A DNA stretch of 64,000 bases from an uncultured Paraprevotella sp. (lineage in GTDB: Bacteria; Bacteroidota; Bacteroidia; Bacteroidales; Bacteroidaceae), in contig CAZGSE010000010.1 of assembly GCA_964528135.1 (NCBI GenBank), forward strand, positions 108 through 64,107, in the 5' to 3' direction. Every line of letters begins with the position of its first letter. The first letter of the stretch is position 1. Made by a program: the position numbers and the translations under genes. The notes under the pieces were generated by a model that saw only the letters and a list, made by a program, of their open reading frames with translations, was not told the origin of the DNA and searched no databases. This document shows, one piece after another, positions 8,464 through 18,094 of this stretch.

Positions 8464-11220
8464 ATGGAAAAGCTTTTGTTCACCCTTGCGGCTGGTTTCC
8501 TGGGAATGGGGCTGTCCGCCACGGCGGCCGTCCACTCTTCCGATGCTGCCCCGGTGCCGTCCCATCCCCGGATCGTGACCACGGCGCAGCAGAAAAGTGC
8601 CACTCTGGAACTGATAGCGGGAAACGAATGGGCGCAGAAGGTATTGGATGCCTTGAAAGAGAACGTGGACCATTATGCCGACCGCGAGGAAGATTATCTG
8701 AGTTCGCGCTTGTATATGAACTGGAAGACGCAGGCGCAGGACGTGTATGTCCGCGGGGAATGGTTCAGTCATGTAGGCGAACGGAAAGCCCCTGTTCCCA
8801 CGGTGATGTTCAGTGGGGCGAGGGCGGGCGCCACGGGATATGCCCGTCCGGGCATCGATGAGCGTTTACCCTATGCCGACGAAACGAAAGGCGTTTATAT
8901 GAGGAACCGCGCCCTTCCCGGACAACCCTTGGAATGGGTGCATCCGGAAAAGGTAGGCACGCAGATAGAGAGTGGCAACGTGGACATCATGCGCTGTGCC
9001 AGGGATGCGGCCTACCTGTGGTGGCTGACGGGCGAAGGGAAGTACGGCCGCATGGCGGCCAAGGTGCTCGACACTTACCTGCAGGGCATTTATTATCGCG
9101 ATGTGCCGGTGGATTTGAACCACGGCCACCAGCAGACACTCATCGGTATGACCTCTTTTGAGGTGATACACGAGGACATCGTCCCGGTGCTGGTGGAATG
9201 TTACGACTTCCTGCACGGTTATCTGCAGGAGCACCATGCGGATGAGATGCCGCTCTATGCCGCAGCCTTGAAAAAGATGGCCGATGTGATTGTGAGGAAC
9301 GGCGTGCCCCATAACAATTGGAACATCATACAGGCCCGTTTTGTCTTTTCCATTGCTTTGGTGCTGGACGGGAACGATGCCTATGTGGACGGCAAGGGAC
9401 GGGAACACTATATCAACATCGTGGCGAAGGACAGCACCCTGCGCCAATGGGGGCTGGAAGCATTGACCCGCTACGGTTTTGACGAGGGGACGGGCATCTG
9501 GAGTGAATGTCCGAGCTACAGTTGCAATGTGGTCAACGATTATACGGACTTTGTCTTGCTTTTCGACCGTTATCTGGACCGTGATTTGGCCAAGGAACTG
9601 CCCATTGTGGAAAAGGCCGTGGCCGCAACCCCGCAGTACTGTTTCCCCAACCGCAAGATTGTGGGCTTCGGCGACACACATCCCTACTACCTCCGCACCT
9701 CTTACTTCGGCAGCATGGTGCGTAACGCGCAGCACTACGGCAAGCGGGAACAGGAAGAGAAGTTCACGGCCATGCTGCGTTGCTTCGAGCCGGATTTTGC
9801 TGTTGCCACTTCGCGTCACAGGACGGACGCCAATCTGATGAACCTTTACCCGCAGGATGACGTGCAGATTGACACGACCATTGCGCCGGGACGTATAGAA
9901 ACGTATGTCAGTCCCACGTTTTACGTGCCTAAGGTCAGCTGGCTGGTGCAGCGCAACGGGATGGATGCCCGGAACAGCCTGATGTATTCCCTTAATGGCA
10001 GCGAGGGTAACCATCAGCATGCCAACGGCCTTTCCGTGGAGTTCTACGGCAAGGGACTGACGCTCGCTCCTGATGCCGGCATCGGGCAGTCGCTGTATTC
10101 CGGTCTGGACTATCTGGAGTATTACAGCCAGTTTCCCAGCCACAACACAGTGTGCGTGGACGGCGTGTCGTCTTATCCCGTCATGAAAAGTAACCATGCC
10201 TTCAAGTTGCTGCACTGCTATCCGGAACCATCCAATGCCGATGAATGCAACTTGGAATCGCCCGGCTACTTCCGTGGAGTCTGCTATGCCGAGGCCTATT
10301 TCCGCGAACCGGAGACGCAGGCTGACCAGACCCGTTTGCTGAGTATTGTTGACACGGAAGACGGCGGGGGGTATTATGTGGATGTGTTCCGCAGCCGCAG
10401 GAGCGAGGGGGGCGACAAAATGCACGATTATTTCTACCACAATCTGGGGCAGGAGATGGAGGTGACGGCTGCCGACGGGTCGCCCCTGGCTTTTGTCCCC
10501 ACGGAGGAACTGAGCTTTGCCGGTGCCCATTTGTATGCTTATTCTTATATATACGACCAGCAGGTGGTGCAGACGGACCGGGATATCCGGGTCGTTTTTA
10601 CCGTGCATCCGGAAAAGGGCGGAGAGGACATACGCATGACGATGTGGCAACAGGGCATGCCGGACCGCAAGATATTCCGTGCCTTGAGCCCGGAGATAGA
10701 AGGGTTGAGCCGTGACACCACCTTGCCTTATACGGTCAAAGGCCGGCCCACGCTCACCTATGTGGCGCGCCAGCAGGGAGAGGCCTGGACACGTCCGTTC
10801 GTGTCTGTGTTCGAACCTTCCTTGTCGGGTGAAGGCGGACAGGTGCGTAACGTGGAGTTCTTCACGCCGGAGAGCCGTTGTGATGATGCCGTGGGCATTA
10901 CGGTCACTTTGAAAGACGGGCGGAAAGACTTTATCCTGTCGGCTGCCGACTGCCGCAGTGAAATGGACGGTGCTGGCTTGGCGGCACAGGCATCTTACGT
11001 CTGCCTGCGCACTGCGGACGGGCAGGCGGAACGGTTGCTGATGGGCAATGGGCTTTCGTTCGCCTATCCGGGGGTGGAAATCCGTGCGGACGAGCCGTCC
11101 GATGTGTCATTGCGCCGCGAGGACGGCCGTTGGTACTACACGGCCAGCCAACCTTGTACCATAAAGATAGGAGGAAAAAGCCGCAGGGTGAAAGCCACGG
11201 ACGTTCCGGCCGGATGGTGA
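8464..11220 (+). CDS. Secreted heparinase II/III-like polysaccharide lyase (family unassigned)
   Basis: Signal peptide from ATG 8464; helical N part (HNNWN, WSECPSY); heparinase II/III-like HQHANGLSVEFYGKG...PDAG and SHNTVCVDG. Confidence 0.7.
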   Translation: MEKLLFTLAAGFLGMGLSATAAVHSSDAAPVPSHPRIVTTAQQKSATLELIAGNEWAQKVLDALKENVDHYADREEDYLSSRLYMNWKTQAQDVYVRGEWFSHVGERKAPVPTVMFSGARAGATGYARPGIDERLPYADETKGVYMRNRALPGQPLEWVHPEKVGTQIESGNVDIMRCARDAAYLWWLTGEGKYGRMAAKVLDTYLQGIYYRDVPVDLNHGHQQTLIGMTSFEVIHEDIVPVLVECYDFLHGYLQEHHADEMPLYAAALKKMADVIVRNGVPHNNWNIIQARFVFSIALVLDGNDAYVDGKGREHYINIVAKDSTLRQWGLEALTRYGFDEGTGIWSECPSYSCNVVNDYTDFVLLFDRYLDRDLAKELPIVEKAVAATPQYCFPNRKIVGFGDTHPYYLRTSYFGSMVRNAQHYGKREQEEKFTAMLRCFEPDFAVATSRHRTDANLMNLYPQDDVQIDTTIAPGRIETYVSPTFYVPKVSWLVQRNGMDARNSLMYSLNGSEGNHQHANGLSVEFYGKGLTLAPDAGIGQSLYSGLDYLEYYSQFPSHNTVCVDGVSSYPVMKSNHAFKLLHCYPEPSNADECNLESPGYFRGVCYAEAYFREPETQADQTRLLSIVDTEDGGGYYVDVFRSRRSEGGDKMHDYFYHNLGQEMEVTAADGSPLAFVPTEELSFAGAHLYAYSYIYDQQVVQTDRDIRVVFTVHPEKGGEDIRMTMWQQGMPDRKIFRALSPEIEGLSRDTTLPYTVKGRPTLTYVARQQGEAWTRPFVSVFEPSLSGEGGQVRNVEFFTPESRCDDAVGITVTLKDGRKDFILSAADCRSEMDGAGLAAQASYVCLRTADGQAERLLMGNGLSFAYPGVEIRADEPSDVSLRREDGRWYYTASQPCTIKIGGKSRRVKATDVPAGW

Positions 11221-11249
11221 CGGGGTGCTCACAGTGGGAGGGCAACAGG

Positions 11250-11597
11250 TCAGAACAGCGAAGGGCAGTCTGCCACCCGCCCGTTTTTTGCCTCGTCTTC
11301 GGTCTCCGCTTTTTCTGCATGGCGTCCGGAAAAGTCCAGCTTGGGTTGGTGGAAGGTGTTGGGTTTCAGGGCATACCATCCCCGCTTGCGTCCCGGTATG
11401 AACGGTGATGAGGCCTTTCCGGCCTGTGTCCATAAAAAGAAACGGACGTTCTGGTACACCTTCTCATAAGACAGTTCCTTGTTGAATAATCCGGCATGAC
11501 GGTTGTAAACCTGTCGGGCGATGATGCCTACGGGTAAGCCTTCTCTGCCTTTCCGTTGCAGGATTTCATAAATATCGTTATAAAAGGGAGTTCCCAT
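11250..11597 (-). CDS. Small hypothetical protein, putative winged-helix DNA-binding fold
   Basis: 115 aa ORF with its own -7 element; helix pattern (IYEILQ..GLPVGIIARQV) and a wing-like GWYALK. Confidence 0.6.
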   Translation of the reverse strand: MGTPFYNDIYEILQRKGREGLPVGIIARQVYNRHAGLFNKELSYEKVYQNVRFFLWTQAGKASSPFIPGRKRGWYALKPNTFHQPKLDFSGRHAEKAETEDEAKNGRVADCPSLF

Positions 11598-11601
11598 GTT
11601 G

Positions 11602-11649
11602 CAAAGATAAATATTAATGTGAATACTTTCAATTATTTGCTTAACTTTG
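11602..11649. promoter_or_regulatory. Divergent -7 promoter pair (TATCTTTG on minus at 11602-11609; TAACTTTG on plus at 11642-11649)
   Basis: Two TAnnTTTG matches facing the flanking divergent ORFs. Confidence 0.65.
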
Positions 11650-11675
11650 CCCGTAATTTTTAATGGAGTAATATC

Positions 11676-12356
11676 ATGAAGAAATCATTCGGAATTTTAT
11701 TGGCGTTGGCCATGGGTTTGTTCGCGAGCTGTGATAAAAAGGAAATTTCTTACAATTTTGCGCAATTCATTTACCCCAATAGTTATGCCTATGTTTACGC
11801 CGACCAGACCACCGACACGCTGAAGTTCACCACCACCTACGACTGGTCGTTGACGCTTTCGGCCGACTGGATGTCTATCAATGCCGATTCCATGCAGGGC
11901 ACTGTTCCGCAAGGATATTATGTGGTGTCGAAGCTGAATGTTTATTTCGATGTGAACAATACGGATTCCGTGCGCGGCGGTTTCGTGTACTTGCATGCTG
12001 ATGCCAATACGCTTTCGGCGGCTTTTGTGCAACTGGGTTACCTGAACGTGCAGCGGCCGACCGGCAGGAACGGGCAGTTTGAACAGGTAGATACGGCGCG
12101 ACAGGTGCGCGACAGTGTGGTGTTCCGCACTTACAGCAACGATTGGACACTGGCGTTCAGCGGCGATCCGTCGTGGGTGCGTTTGTCCGATGATGCTACC
12201 GTTTCCGGGGATGCAGGTACTTATACGGTTGCCTATCTGTTGGATGAGAACACTTCTGCCGACGAGCGTTCGGCCGTGCTGCAACTGCAAAGCCGAGGCG
12301 TGACCACGGACATCAGTATCAGGCAGCTGGGCGCGGAGGTGGACGGGCAGGAATGA
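11676..12356 (+). CDS. Lipoprotein with BACON-like domains
   Basis: Lipobox LFASC; WLS/WVR...N...ERSAVLQL...ISIRQLG pattern. Confidence 0.7.
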   Translation: MKKSFGILLALAMGLFASCDKKEISYNFAQFIYPNSYAYVYADQTTDTLKFTTTYDWSLTLSADWMSINADSMQGTVPQGYYVVSKLNVYFDVNNTDSVRGGFVYLHADANTLSAAFVQLGYLNVQRPTGRNGQFEQVDTARQVRDSVVFRTYSNDWTLAFSGDPSWVRLSDDATVSGDAGTYTVAYLLDENTSADERSAVLQLQSRGVTTDISIRQLGAEVDGQE

Positions 12357-12421
12357 CGACGGCCACGGGGAACATGACTAAGCTAATTCATTATTAATTG
12401 TCTAAACAAAATCAATCTGGT

Positions 12422-15025
12422 ATGAACAGAAGAAAAGTAGCGAACAGGGCACTGTGTGCCGTGTTGTTGGGATGGGGTGTCGCCTCCGGAACTGTCGTGA
12501 CGGCGGCGGTGCCCGATTCGGTATATGTACTTGCTTATAATGTGCATGCGCGCGGCGGGTTGAACCTGGCATGGAGTGCCAACCGCCAGCAATGGAAAGC
12601 TATCGGCCCCGGCCATGCTTTCGTCAAGAGCGATTTCAGCACATGGGGCGGAGGAAAGGAGATGTACAATCCTACGTTGGTGCAGATGCCGGACGGTACG
12701 TGGCGGTGCGTATTCCAGGTCAACGACCGTGTCAACCAGTTTGCCGTGGCCTCCAGCACGGATTTGGTGAAATGGATGCCGCAGGACTATCCCCTCATGG
12801 AGGGTGTGGGCAACTGCCTGGAGCCGGTTTTGGCGTATGATGTCCAGACGTCCACCTACAAGGTGACTTTCAAAACCAAGGAGGGCGGTGTATATGTCAC
12901 GGAGTCAAAGGACTTTTATCAGTTCAGTGCTCCCCGCCAAGTAGATGCTTCGGCCTATGACGAGGTGACGGAAACGGCCATGGTGGAAGGCCACCAGGTG
13001 CGCGGGCAGGTGTTCAGGCTTCCTTACATCGATGTGGAACGCATCGTGCAGGCCGTGGAGAGCGAGGCCTACTGGGGCGGATTGAACAGTGAACTGGCAC
13101 GCGACAATGAAACCCGTTTCAGAGGACTCAGGCCGTTGGAGGCGGATATACGCATCAATGCAGGCAACCGGAAGAAAATCAGCGACAAGTTGATTGGTAT
13201 CTTTTTTGAAGACATCAACTATTCTGCCGACGGAGGGTTGTATGCGGAGCTGGTGCAGAACCGCGACTTTGAATACTCGCCAAGTGACCACCTCGGCCAG
13301 AACCAGGACTGGAAGGCTGACTTTGGCTGGACGTTGTCGGGCGACGGAGGTTCATGGCAGATTGCAACGGACGACCCCATTCACGAGAACAATCCGCACT
13401 ATGCCGTGCTGGACGTGAACCGTGCGGGGGGCGTGGCCTTGCAGAACGCGGGATTCGACGGCATAGTGCTCCGTAAAGGAGAGAAGTATGACTTTTCCAT
13501 GTTTGCCCGGCAACTGGACGGCAAGGGAGGCAAGATAAGGGTAAGCCTTGTGCAGGACGGGAACACGATAGCCCAGACTACGGTGCGTGCCCCGAAATCC
13601 GACTGGAAGAAGCTGTCCGCCGTGCTCACGGCCGGAGCCGATGCAGACCATGCTTCGGTGCAGGTGGAGCCGTTGGGCGAAGGGCGCGTGGCGTTGGACA
13701 TGATTTCGCTCTTCCCGCAGAACACTTTCAAAGGGCGCAAGAACGGGTTACGTGCCGACCTGGCGCAGGCCTTGGCCGACATGAAACCTAAGTTCATGCG
13801 TTTCCCCGGCGGTTGCGTGGCACACGGCAACGGCCTGCACAACATTTATAATTGGAAAGAAACCATCGGCCCGTTGGAGGCCCGCAAGCCGCAGCGCAAC
13901 CTGTGGGGATACCATCAGACAAAAGGCTTGGGCTACTACGAATACTTCCAGTTCTGTGAAGACATCGGCTGCGAACCCCTGCCGGTGCTGGCCGCGGGCG
14001 TGAGCTGCCAGAATTCGAGCGATGGCGGACACGGGCAGCAGGGCGGCATCCCCATGGAACAGATGCCGGAATATGTCCAGGATGTGCTTGACCTGATAGA
14101 GTGGGCCAATGGCGACGCCAAGACCACGGAATGGGGGCGCAAGCGTGCCGAACAGGGACATCCTGCGCCGTTCAACCTGAAATATATCGGTATCGGCAAC
14201 GAAGATTTGATTTCCAAGGTGTTCGAGGAACGCTACCTGATGATTATCAAGGCCGTGAAGGAGAAATATCCCGACATCGTTGTCTGCGGCACGTCCGGGC
14301 CGTTTTCGAGCGGGAGTGACTACGAAGCCGGCTGGCGGCTGGCCAAAGACCACAACATCGACATGATTGACGAGCACTATTACCAGACGCCGGGCTGGTT
14401 TATCTATCACCAGGACTATTACGACCACTACGACCGCAATGGTTCCAAGGTCTATCTGGGTGAATATGCAGCCCATGCCCCCGGCCGGCCCAACGACATC
14501 GAGACGGCCCTGTGCGAGGCCATGCACATTTGCGGCATGGAGCGCAACGGTGATGTGGTGGCCATGAGTTCCTATGCCCCCCTGCTGGCCAAGGAAGGCC
14601 ATACGCAGTGGAACCCCGACATGATTTATTTCAACAACAAGGAGGTGAAGCCCACGGTGGGCTATTACGTGCAGCAACTCTGCGGCAACTATTCCGGCGA
14701 TGAGTACATCGAGACCACCCTGACGGTGAACGAAGGCCGTAAGGGCGTGCGCGAGCGTCTGGCGGTGAGCACGGTGCGCGATTCGGCTACCGGAAAGGTA
14801 TATATCAAAATGGTGAACCTGCTGAACCACCCCGTGAAAGGCCGCCTGGACCTGAGCGGGCTGGAAGACTGTTTTAACGGGGCGCAGAGTGTGGCCGCAC
14901 GGTTGCACCTCCTGACGGGGAACTACGATGACCGCGATGCCCGTCCGCAGGAAAGCGACCTGCAACTGACACCCGATTTTGAATACGAACTCCCGGCTTA
15001 CTCGTTCAGCCTGATAGAGATATAG
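12422..15025 (+). CDS. GH51 alpha-L-arabinofuranosidase with N-terminal GH43-like propeller fragment
   Basis: GIFFEDINYSADGGLYAELVQNRDFE, RFPGGC, IGIGNE, YLGEYA, SYAPL; signal peptide. Confidence 0.9.
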   Translation: MNRRKVANRALCAVLLGWGVASGTVVTAAVPDSVYVLAYNVHARGGLNLAWSANRQQWKAIGPGHAFVKSDFSTWGGGKEMYNPTLVQMPDGTWRCVFQVNDRVNQFAVASSTDLVKWMPQDYPLMEGVGNCLEPVLAYDVQTSTYKVTFKTKEGGVYVTESKDFYQFSAPRQVDASAYDEVTETAMVEGHQVRGQVFRLPYIDVERIVQAVESEAYWGGLNSELARDNETRFRGLRPLEADIRINAGNRKKISDKLIGIFFEDINYSADGGLYAELVQNRDFEYSPSDHLGQNQDWKADFGWTLSGDGGSWQIATDDPIHENNPHYAVLDVNRAGGVALQNAGFDGIVLRKGEKYDFSMFARQLDGKGGKIRVSLVQDGNTIAQTTVRAPKSDWKKLSAVLTAGADADHASVQVEPLGEGRVALDMISLFPQNTFKGRKNGLRADLAQALADMKPKFMRFPGGCVAHGNGLHNIYNWKETIGPLEARKPQRNLWGYHQTKGLGYYEYFQFCEDIGCEPLPVLAAGVSCQNSSDGGHGQQGGIPMEQMPEYVQDVLDLIEWANGDAKTTEWGRKRAEQGHPAPFNLKYIGIGNEDLISKVFEERYLMIIKAVKEKYPDIVVCGTSGPFSSGSDYEAGWRLAKDHNIDMIDEHYYQTPGWFIYHQDYYDHYDRNGSKVYLGEYAAHAPGRPNDIETALCEAMHICGMERNGDVVAMSSYAPLLAKEGHTQWNPDMIYFNNKEVKPTVGYYVQQLCGNYSGDEYIETTLTVNEGRKGVRERLAVSTVRDSATGKVYIKMVNLLNHPVKGRLDLSGLEDCFNGAQSVAARLHLLTGNYDDRDARPQESDLQLTPDFEYELPAYSFSLIEI

Positions 15026-15045
15026 GCTACGCGGATGCCAGTGTG

Positions 15046-15090
15046 AAAAACCTTGTAAGAAACGGATTAGTTTTTTACAAGGTTTTTTTG
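15046..15090 (+). terminator. Intrinsic terminator after GH51
   Basis: AAAAACCTTGTAA / TTACAAGGTTTTT 13-bp stem followed by a T run. Confidence 0.7.
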
Positions 15091-15179
15091 TTCTTTTTAG
15101 TTGAGGGAAACTTCTTGTTCGTTCGTATATATATAAACAAGGTACATTTGTGTAACATTATAAATGCTCAAGGAAGAGA

Positions 15180-16874
15180 ATGAAGTTATCAAGAAGTTCG
15201 GGGCGGGCCGCCTGGTGCGGTCTGGCTTTTTGTTTTACGGTCTCCCTGTGGGGGCAGCAGGCGGACTATGTGTCGGCCGTCTGGAACCCTGACCAAGGAG
15301 ATGGCACGTATAAGAATCCTGTCATCCATGCCGATTATTCCGACCCCGATGTGTGTGTCGTGGGCAACGATTTCTATCTCACGGCCTCCAGTTTTGCCAG
15401 TGTGCCCGGTCTGCCCATCCTGCATTCCCGCGACTTGGTGAACTGGAAAATCGTGAACCATGCACTGGACCGGCTTGTGCCGGAGGATTATTACAATGTG
15501 GCGCGCCACGGCAAGGGAGTATGGGCGCCCAGTATCCGTTACCACAACGGGGAGTTTTATATTTATTGGGGCGACCCCGATTTCGGTGTCTATATGGTGA
15601 AAGCCAAGGATCCGGCCGGGAAATGGTCGGAACCCGTCCTGGTCAAGGCGGCCAAGGGCATCATCGACCCTTGCCCCCTGTGGGATGATGACGGCCGGTG
15701 CTATCTGGCGTATGCCTACGCAGGAAGCCGCGCCCAGATTAATTCCGTGATTTGCGTGGCCGAAATGAATGCCGAGGGGACGGAAGTCATCGGGGCGGGG
15801 CGTATCGTCTATGACGGGAACGACGACGTGAACCACACGGCCGAAGGCCCCAAGTTCTACAAGCGCAACGGCTATTATTATCTCATGTTTCCGGCCGGAG
15901 GGGTGCAGATGGGCTGGCAGATGGTGGCCCGCAGCCGCCAGGTGTACGGGCCTTACGAAGCCCGCCGCGTGATGGAGCAGGGCGAGACGCCCGTGAATGG
16001 CCCCCACCAGGGCGGCTGGGTGCATACGGCATCCGGGGAGGACTGGTTCATTCATTTTCAGGACAAAGAGTGCTATGGGCGCGTGGTGTGGCTTGAGCCG
16101 ATGACGTGGGTGGGCGATTGGCCCGTGATTGGTGCGGACATCGACAACGATGGTTGCGGAAATCCCGTGCCGTCTTTCCGCAAGCCGGACGTACCACAGG
16201 CTGCACCGGTCAATCCGGTGGAGAGCGACGAATTCGACAGCGTAGATTTGGGACTGCAGTGGCAGTGGAGTTCAAATTACCAGGATTTGTACGGATTCAC
16301 CACTCCTTATGGTTTTATGCGCCTTTATTCTTGGCCGTTGTCCGAAAAGCACATAAATTTGTGGGAAGCACCGAACATGCTGCTCCAAAAGTTCCCGGCC
16401 GAGTCGTTCACGGCCACAACCAAAGTAAAGATGGTGAGCAAGGAGGACGGGCAGGAAGGCGGCCTGATAGTCATGGGTTGGGATTATGCCGCGCTCACCG
16501 TCTGCCGGGAGGGTGACCGTTTCATCTTGCGCCAGCGGGTCTGCCGCGATGCCGAACAAGGGGGGCGCGAGGCCGTGCGCGGGCTGGCGGACTTCGAGCC
16601 GTCTGAGCGGCAAACCATCATTTGGTCGCCCACGGTGAGCCTTTCCGTCTTTTTGCGCGTGCAGGTGGAGCCGGGCGGCCTTTGCCGTTTTTCCTACAGC
16701 CTTGACGGTTCCCGGTTCACCCCTTGCGGTGAGGAATTCCGTGCGCGGCAGGGCAAGTGGGTTGGTGCCAAGATGGGATTTATATGTATGGAACCCTATG
16801 CGGAGCCTGCGGTCAACCGCGGTTGGCTGGACGTGGACTGGTTCCGTGTGACACCCTGGGAAAAGAGGCAATAA
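15180..16874 (+). CDS. GH43 glycoside hydrolase (beta-xylosidase/arabinofuranosidase-like) with C-terminal beta-sandwich
   Basis: NPVIHADYSDPD, WAPSIRYH, IDPCPLWDDDG, AEGPKFYK, GPHQG, SDEFD. Confidence 0.9.
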   Translation: MKLSRSSGRAAWCGLAFCFTVSLWGQQADYVSAVWNPDQGDGTYKNPVIHADYSDPDVCVVGNDFYLTASSFASVPGLPILHSRDLVNWKIVNHALDRLVPEDYYNVARHGKGVWAPSIRYHNGEFYIYWGDPDFGVYMVKAKDPAGKWSEPVLVKAAKGIIDPCPLWDDDGRCYLAYAYAGSRAQINSVICVAEMNAEGTEVIGAGRIVYDGNDDVNHTAEGPKFYKRNGYYYLMFPAGGVQMGWQMVARSRQVYGPYEARRVMEQGETPVNGPHQGGWVHTASGEDWFIHFQDKECYGRVVWLEPMTWVGDWPVIGADIDNDGCGNPVPSFRKPDVPQAAPVNPVESDEFDSVDLGLQWQWSSNYQDLYGFTTPYGFMRLYSWPLSEKHINLWEAPNMLLQKFPAESFTATTKVKMVSKEDGQEGGLIVMGWDYAALTVCREGDRFILRQRVCRDAEQGGREAVRGLADFEPSERQTIIWSPTVSLSVFLRVQVEPGGLCRFSYSLDGSRFTPCGEEFRARQGKWVGAKMGFICMEPYAEPAVNRGWLDVDWFRVTPWEKRQ

Positions 16875-16895
16875 TCATTTAATACCAAGACAAAT

Positions 16896-18071
16896 ATGAA
16901 AAGACAAACATCAATGCTTGCTATCCTGCCCGTCCTGTTCGGGTTCTTTGTGATGGGATTTTGTGACATAGTCGGCATCTCGTCCGACTATGCGCGCGAG
17001 GCGTTCGGCTGGAGCCATACGATGGCCGGTTTCGTGCCCTCCATGGTGTTCATCTGGTTCCTGTTTTTCAGTATTCCCGTGGGGATAAAGATGAACCGTT
17101 GGGGGCGGAAGAACACGGTGATGCTCAGTATGCTGGTCACTCTGGTGGGCATGGCCATACCTCTGTTGCAGACCCCTTGGGCGTGCCTCACGGGCTATGC
17201 CCTGCTGGGCATCGGTAACACCATCCTGCAGGTGTCGCTCAATCCGCTGCTGAACAATGTGGTGACCGACAAGAAACTGCTCACCAGCAGCCTGACGGCC
17301 GGCCAGGTGGTGAAGGCCGTCTCTTCGTTCTGCGGGCCGTTCATCATGCTGTTTGCCGTGAACGTGCTGGGAGGCGGCGATAAGGAAAACTGGTATTTGG
17401 CGTTCCCCGTTCTGGGGGGCATTACGTTGGTGTCGGCCCTGTGGCTCTATTTCACGGACATACCCCGCGAGGAGGAGACAATGACCGGTGTCACGGTGGA
17501 CCGTGTGTGGGGCCTGCTGTCCGACCGCACCATCCTGCTGCTTTTCCTGGGCATCTTTTTTGTGGTGGGCATCGATGTGGCCACCAACTTCATCAGTTCC
17601 AAAGTGATGATCCTGCGTTTCGGCTGGGCCACTGATGAGGCCGGCATTGCTCCCCAGGTGTATTTCATTTGCCGTACGGTGGGTGCTTTCCTGGGCGTGT
17701 TCTTCATGACCCGCATTTCCGAGATGAAATATTTCCGCGCCAACATCCTGGCAGCCATTGCCGCCATTCTGGCGTTGGCTTTCTGTGAGGACCCAATGGT
17801 GGATTTGGCCTGTGTCGGCGGTGTGGGGTTCTTTTGCTCCTGTGTCTTTTCCATCATTTATTCCATGGCGGTGCAGCGCATGCCCGATAAGGCCAACCTG
17901 ATTTCCGGACTGATGATTACGGCTGTGGCCGGCGGCGGGGCCGTCACGCCCCTGATAGGCGCGGCCACGGACGCGGCCGGCATCACGGCGGGTGTTTGCG
18001 TGTTGCTCATCTGTGCTTTCTATCTCACATTCTGTGCTTTCGGGGTGAAGGCTGCGCGCCGGCCCGCATAG
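16896..18071 (+). CDS. MFS sugar transporter (FucP/glucose-galactose type)
   Basis: About 12 hydrophobic segments; RWGRK loop; GNTILQVSLNP. Confidence 0.85.
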   Translation: MKRQTSMLAILPVLFGFFVMGFCDIVGISSDYAREAFGWSHTMAGFVPSMVFIWFLFFSIPVGIKMNRWGRKNTVMLSMLVTLVGMAIPLLQTPWACLTGYALLGIGNTILQVSLNPLLNNVVTDKKLLTSSLTAGQVVKAVSSFCGPFIMLFAVNVLGGGDKENWYLAFPVLGGITLVSALWLYFTDIPREEETMTGVTVDRVWGLLSDRTILLLFLGIFFVVGIDVATNFISSKVMILRFGWATDEAGIAPQVYFICRTVGAFLGVFFMTRISEMKYFRANILAAIAAILALAFCEDPMVDLACVGGVGFFCSCVFSIIYSMAVQRMPDKANLISGLMITAVAGGGAVTPLIGAATDAAGITAGVCVLLICAFYLTFCAFGVKAARRPA

Positions 18072-18094
18072 CATGGAAAAAACAATATGGACCA

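Noticed and set aside
12422-13050. GH43-like fragment fused to GH51 as a novel architecture
   Set aside because: As I recall, this fusion is common in Bacteroidales GH51 proteins
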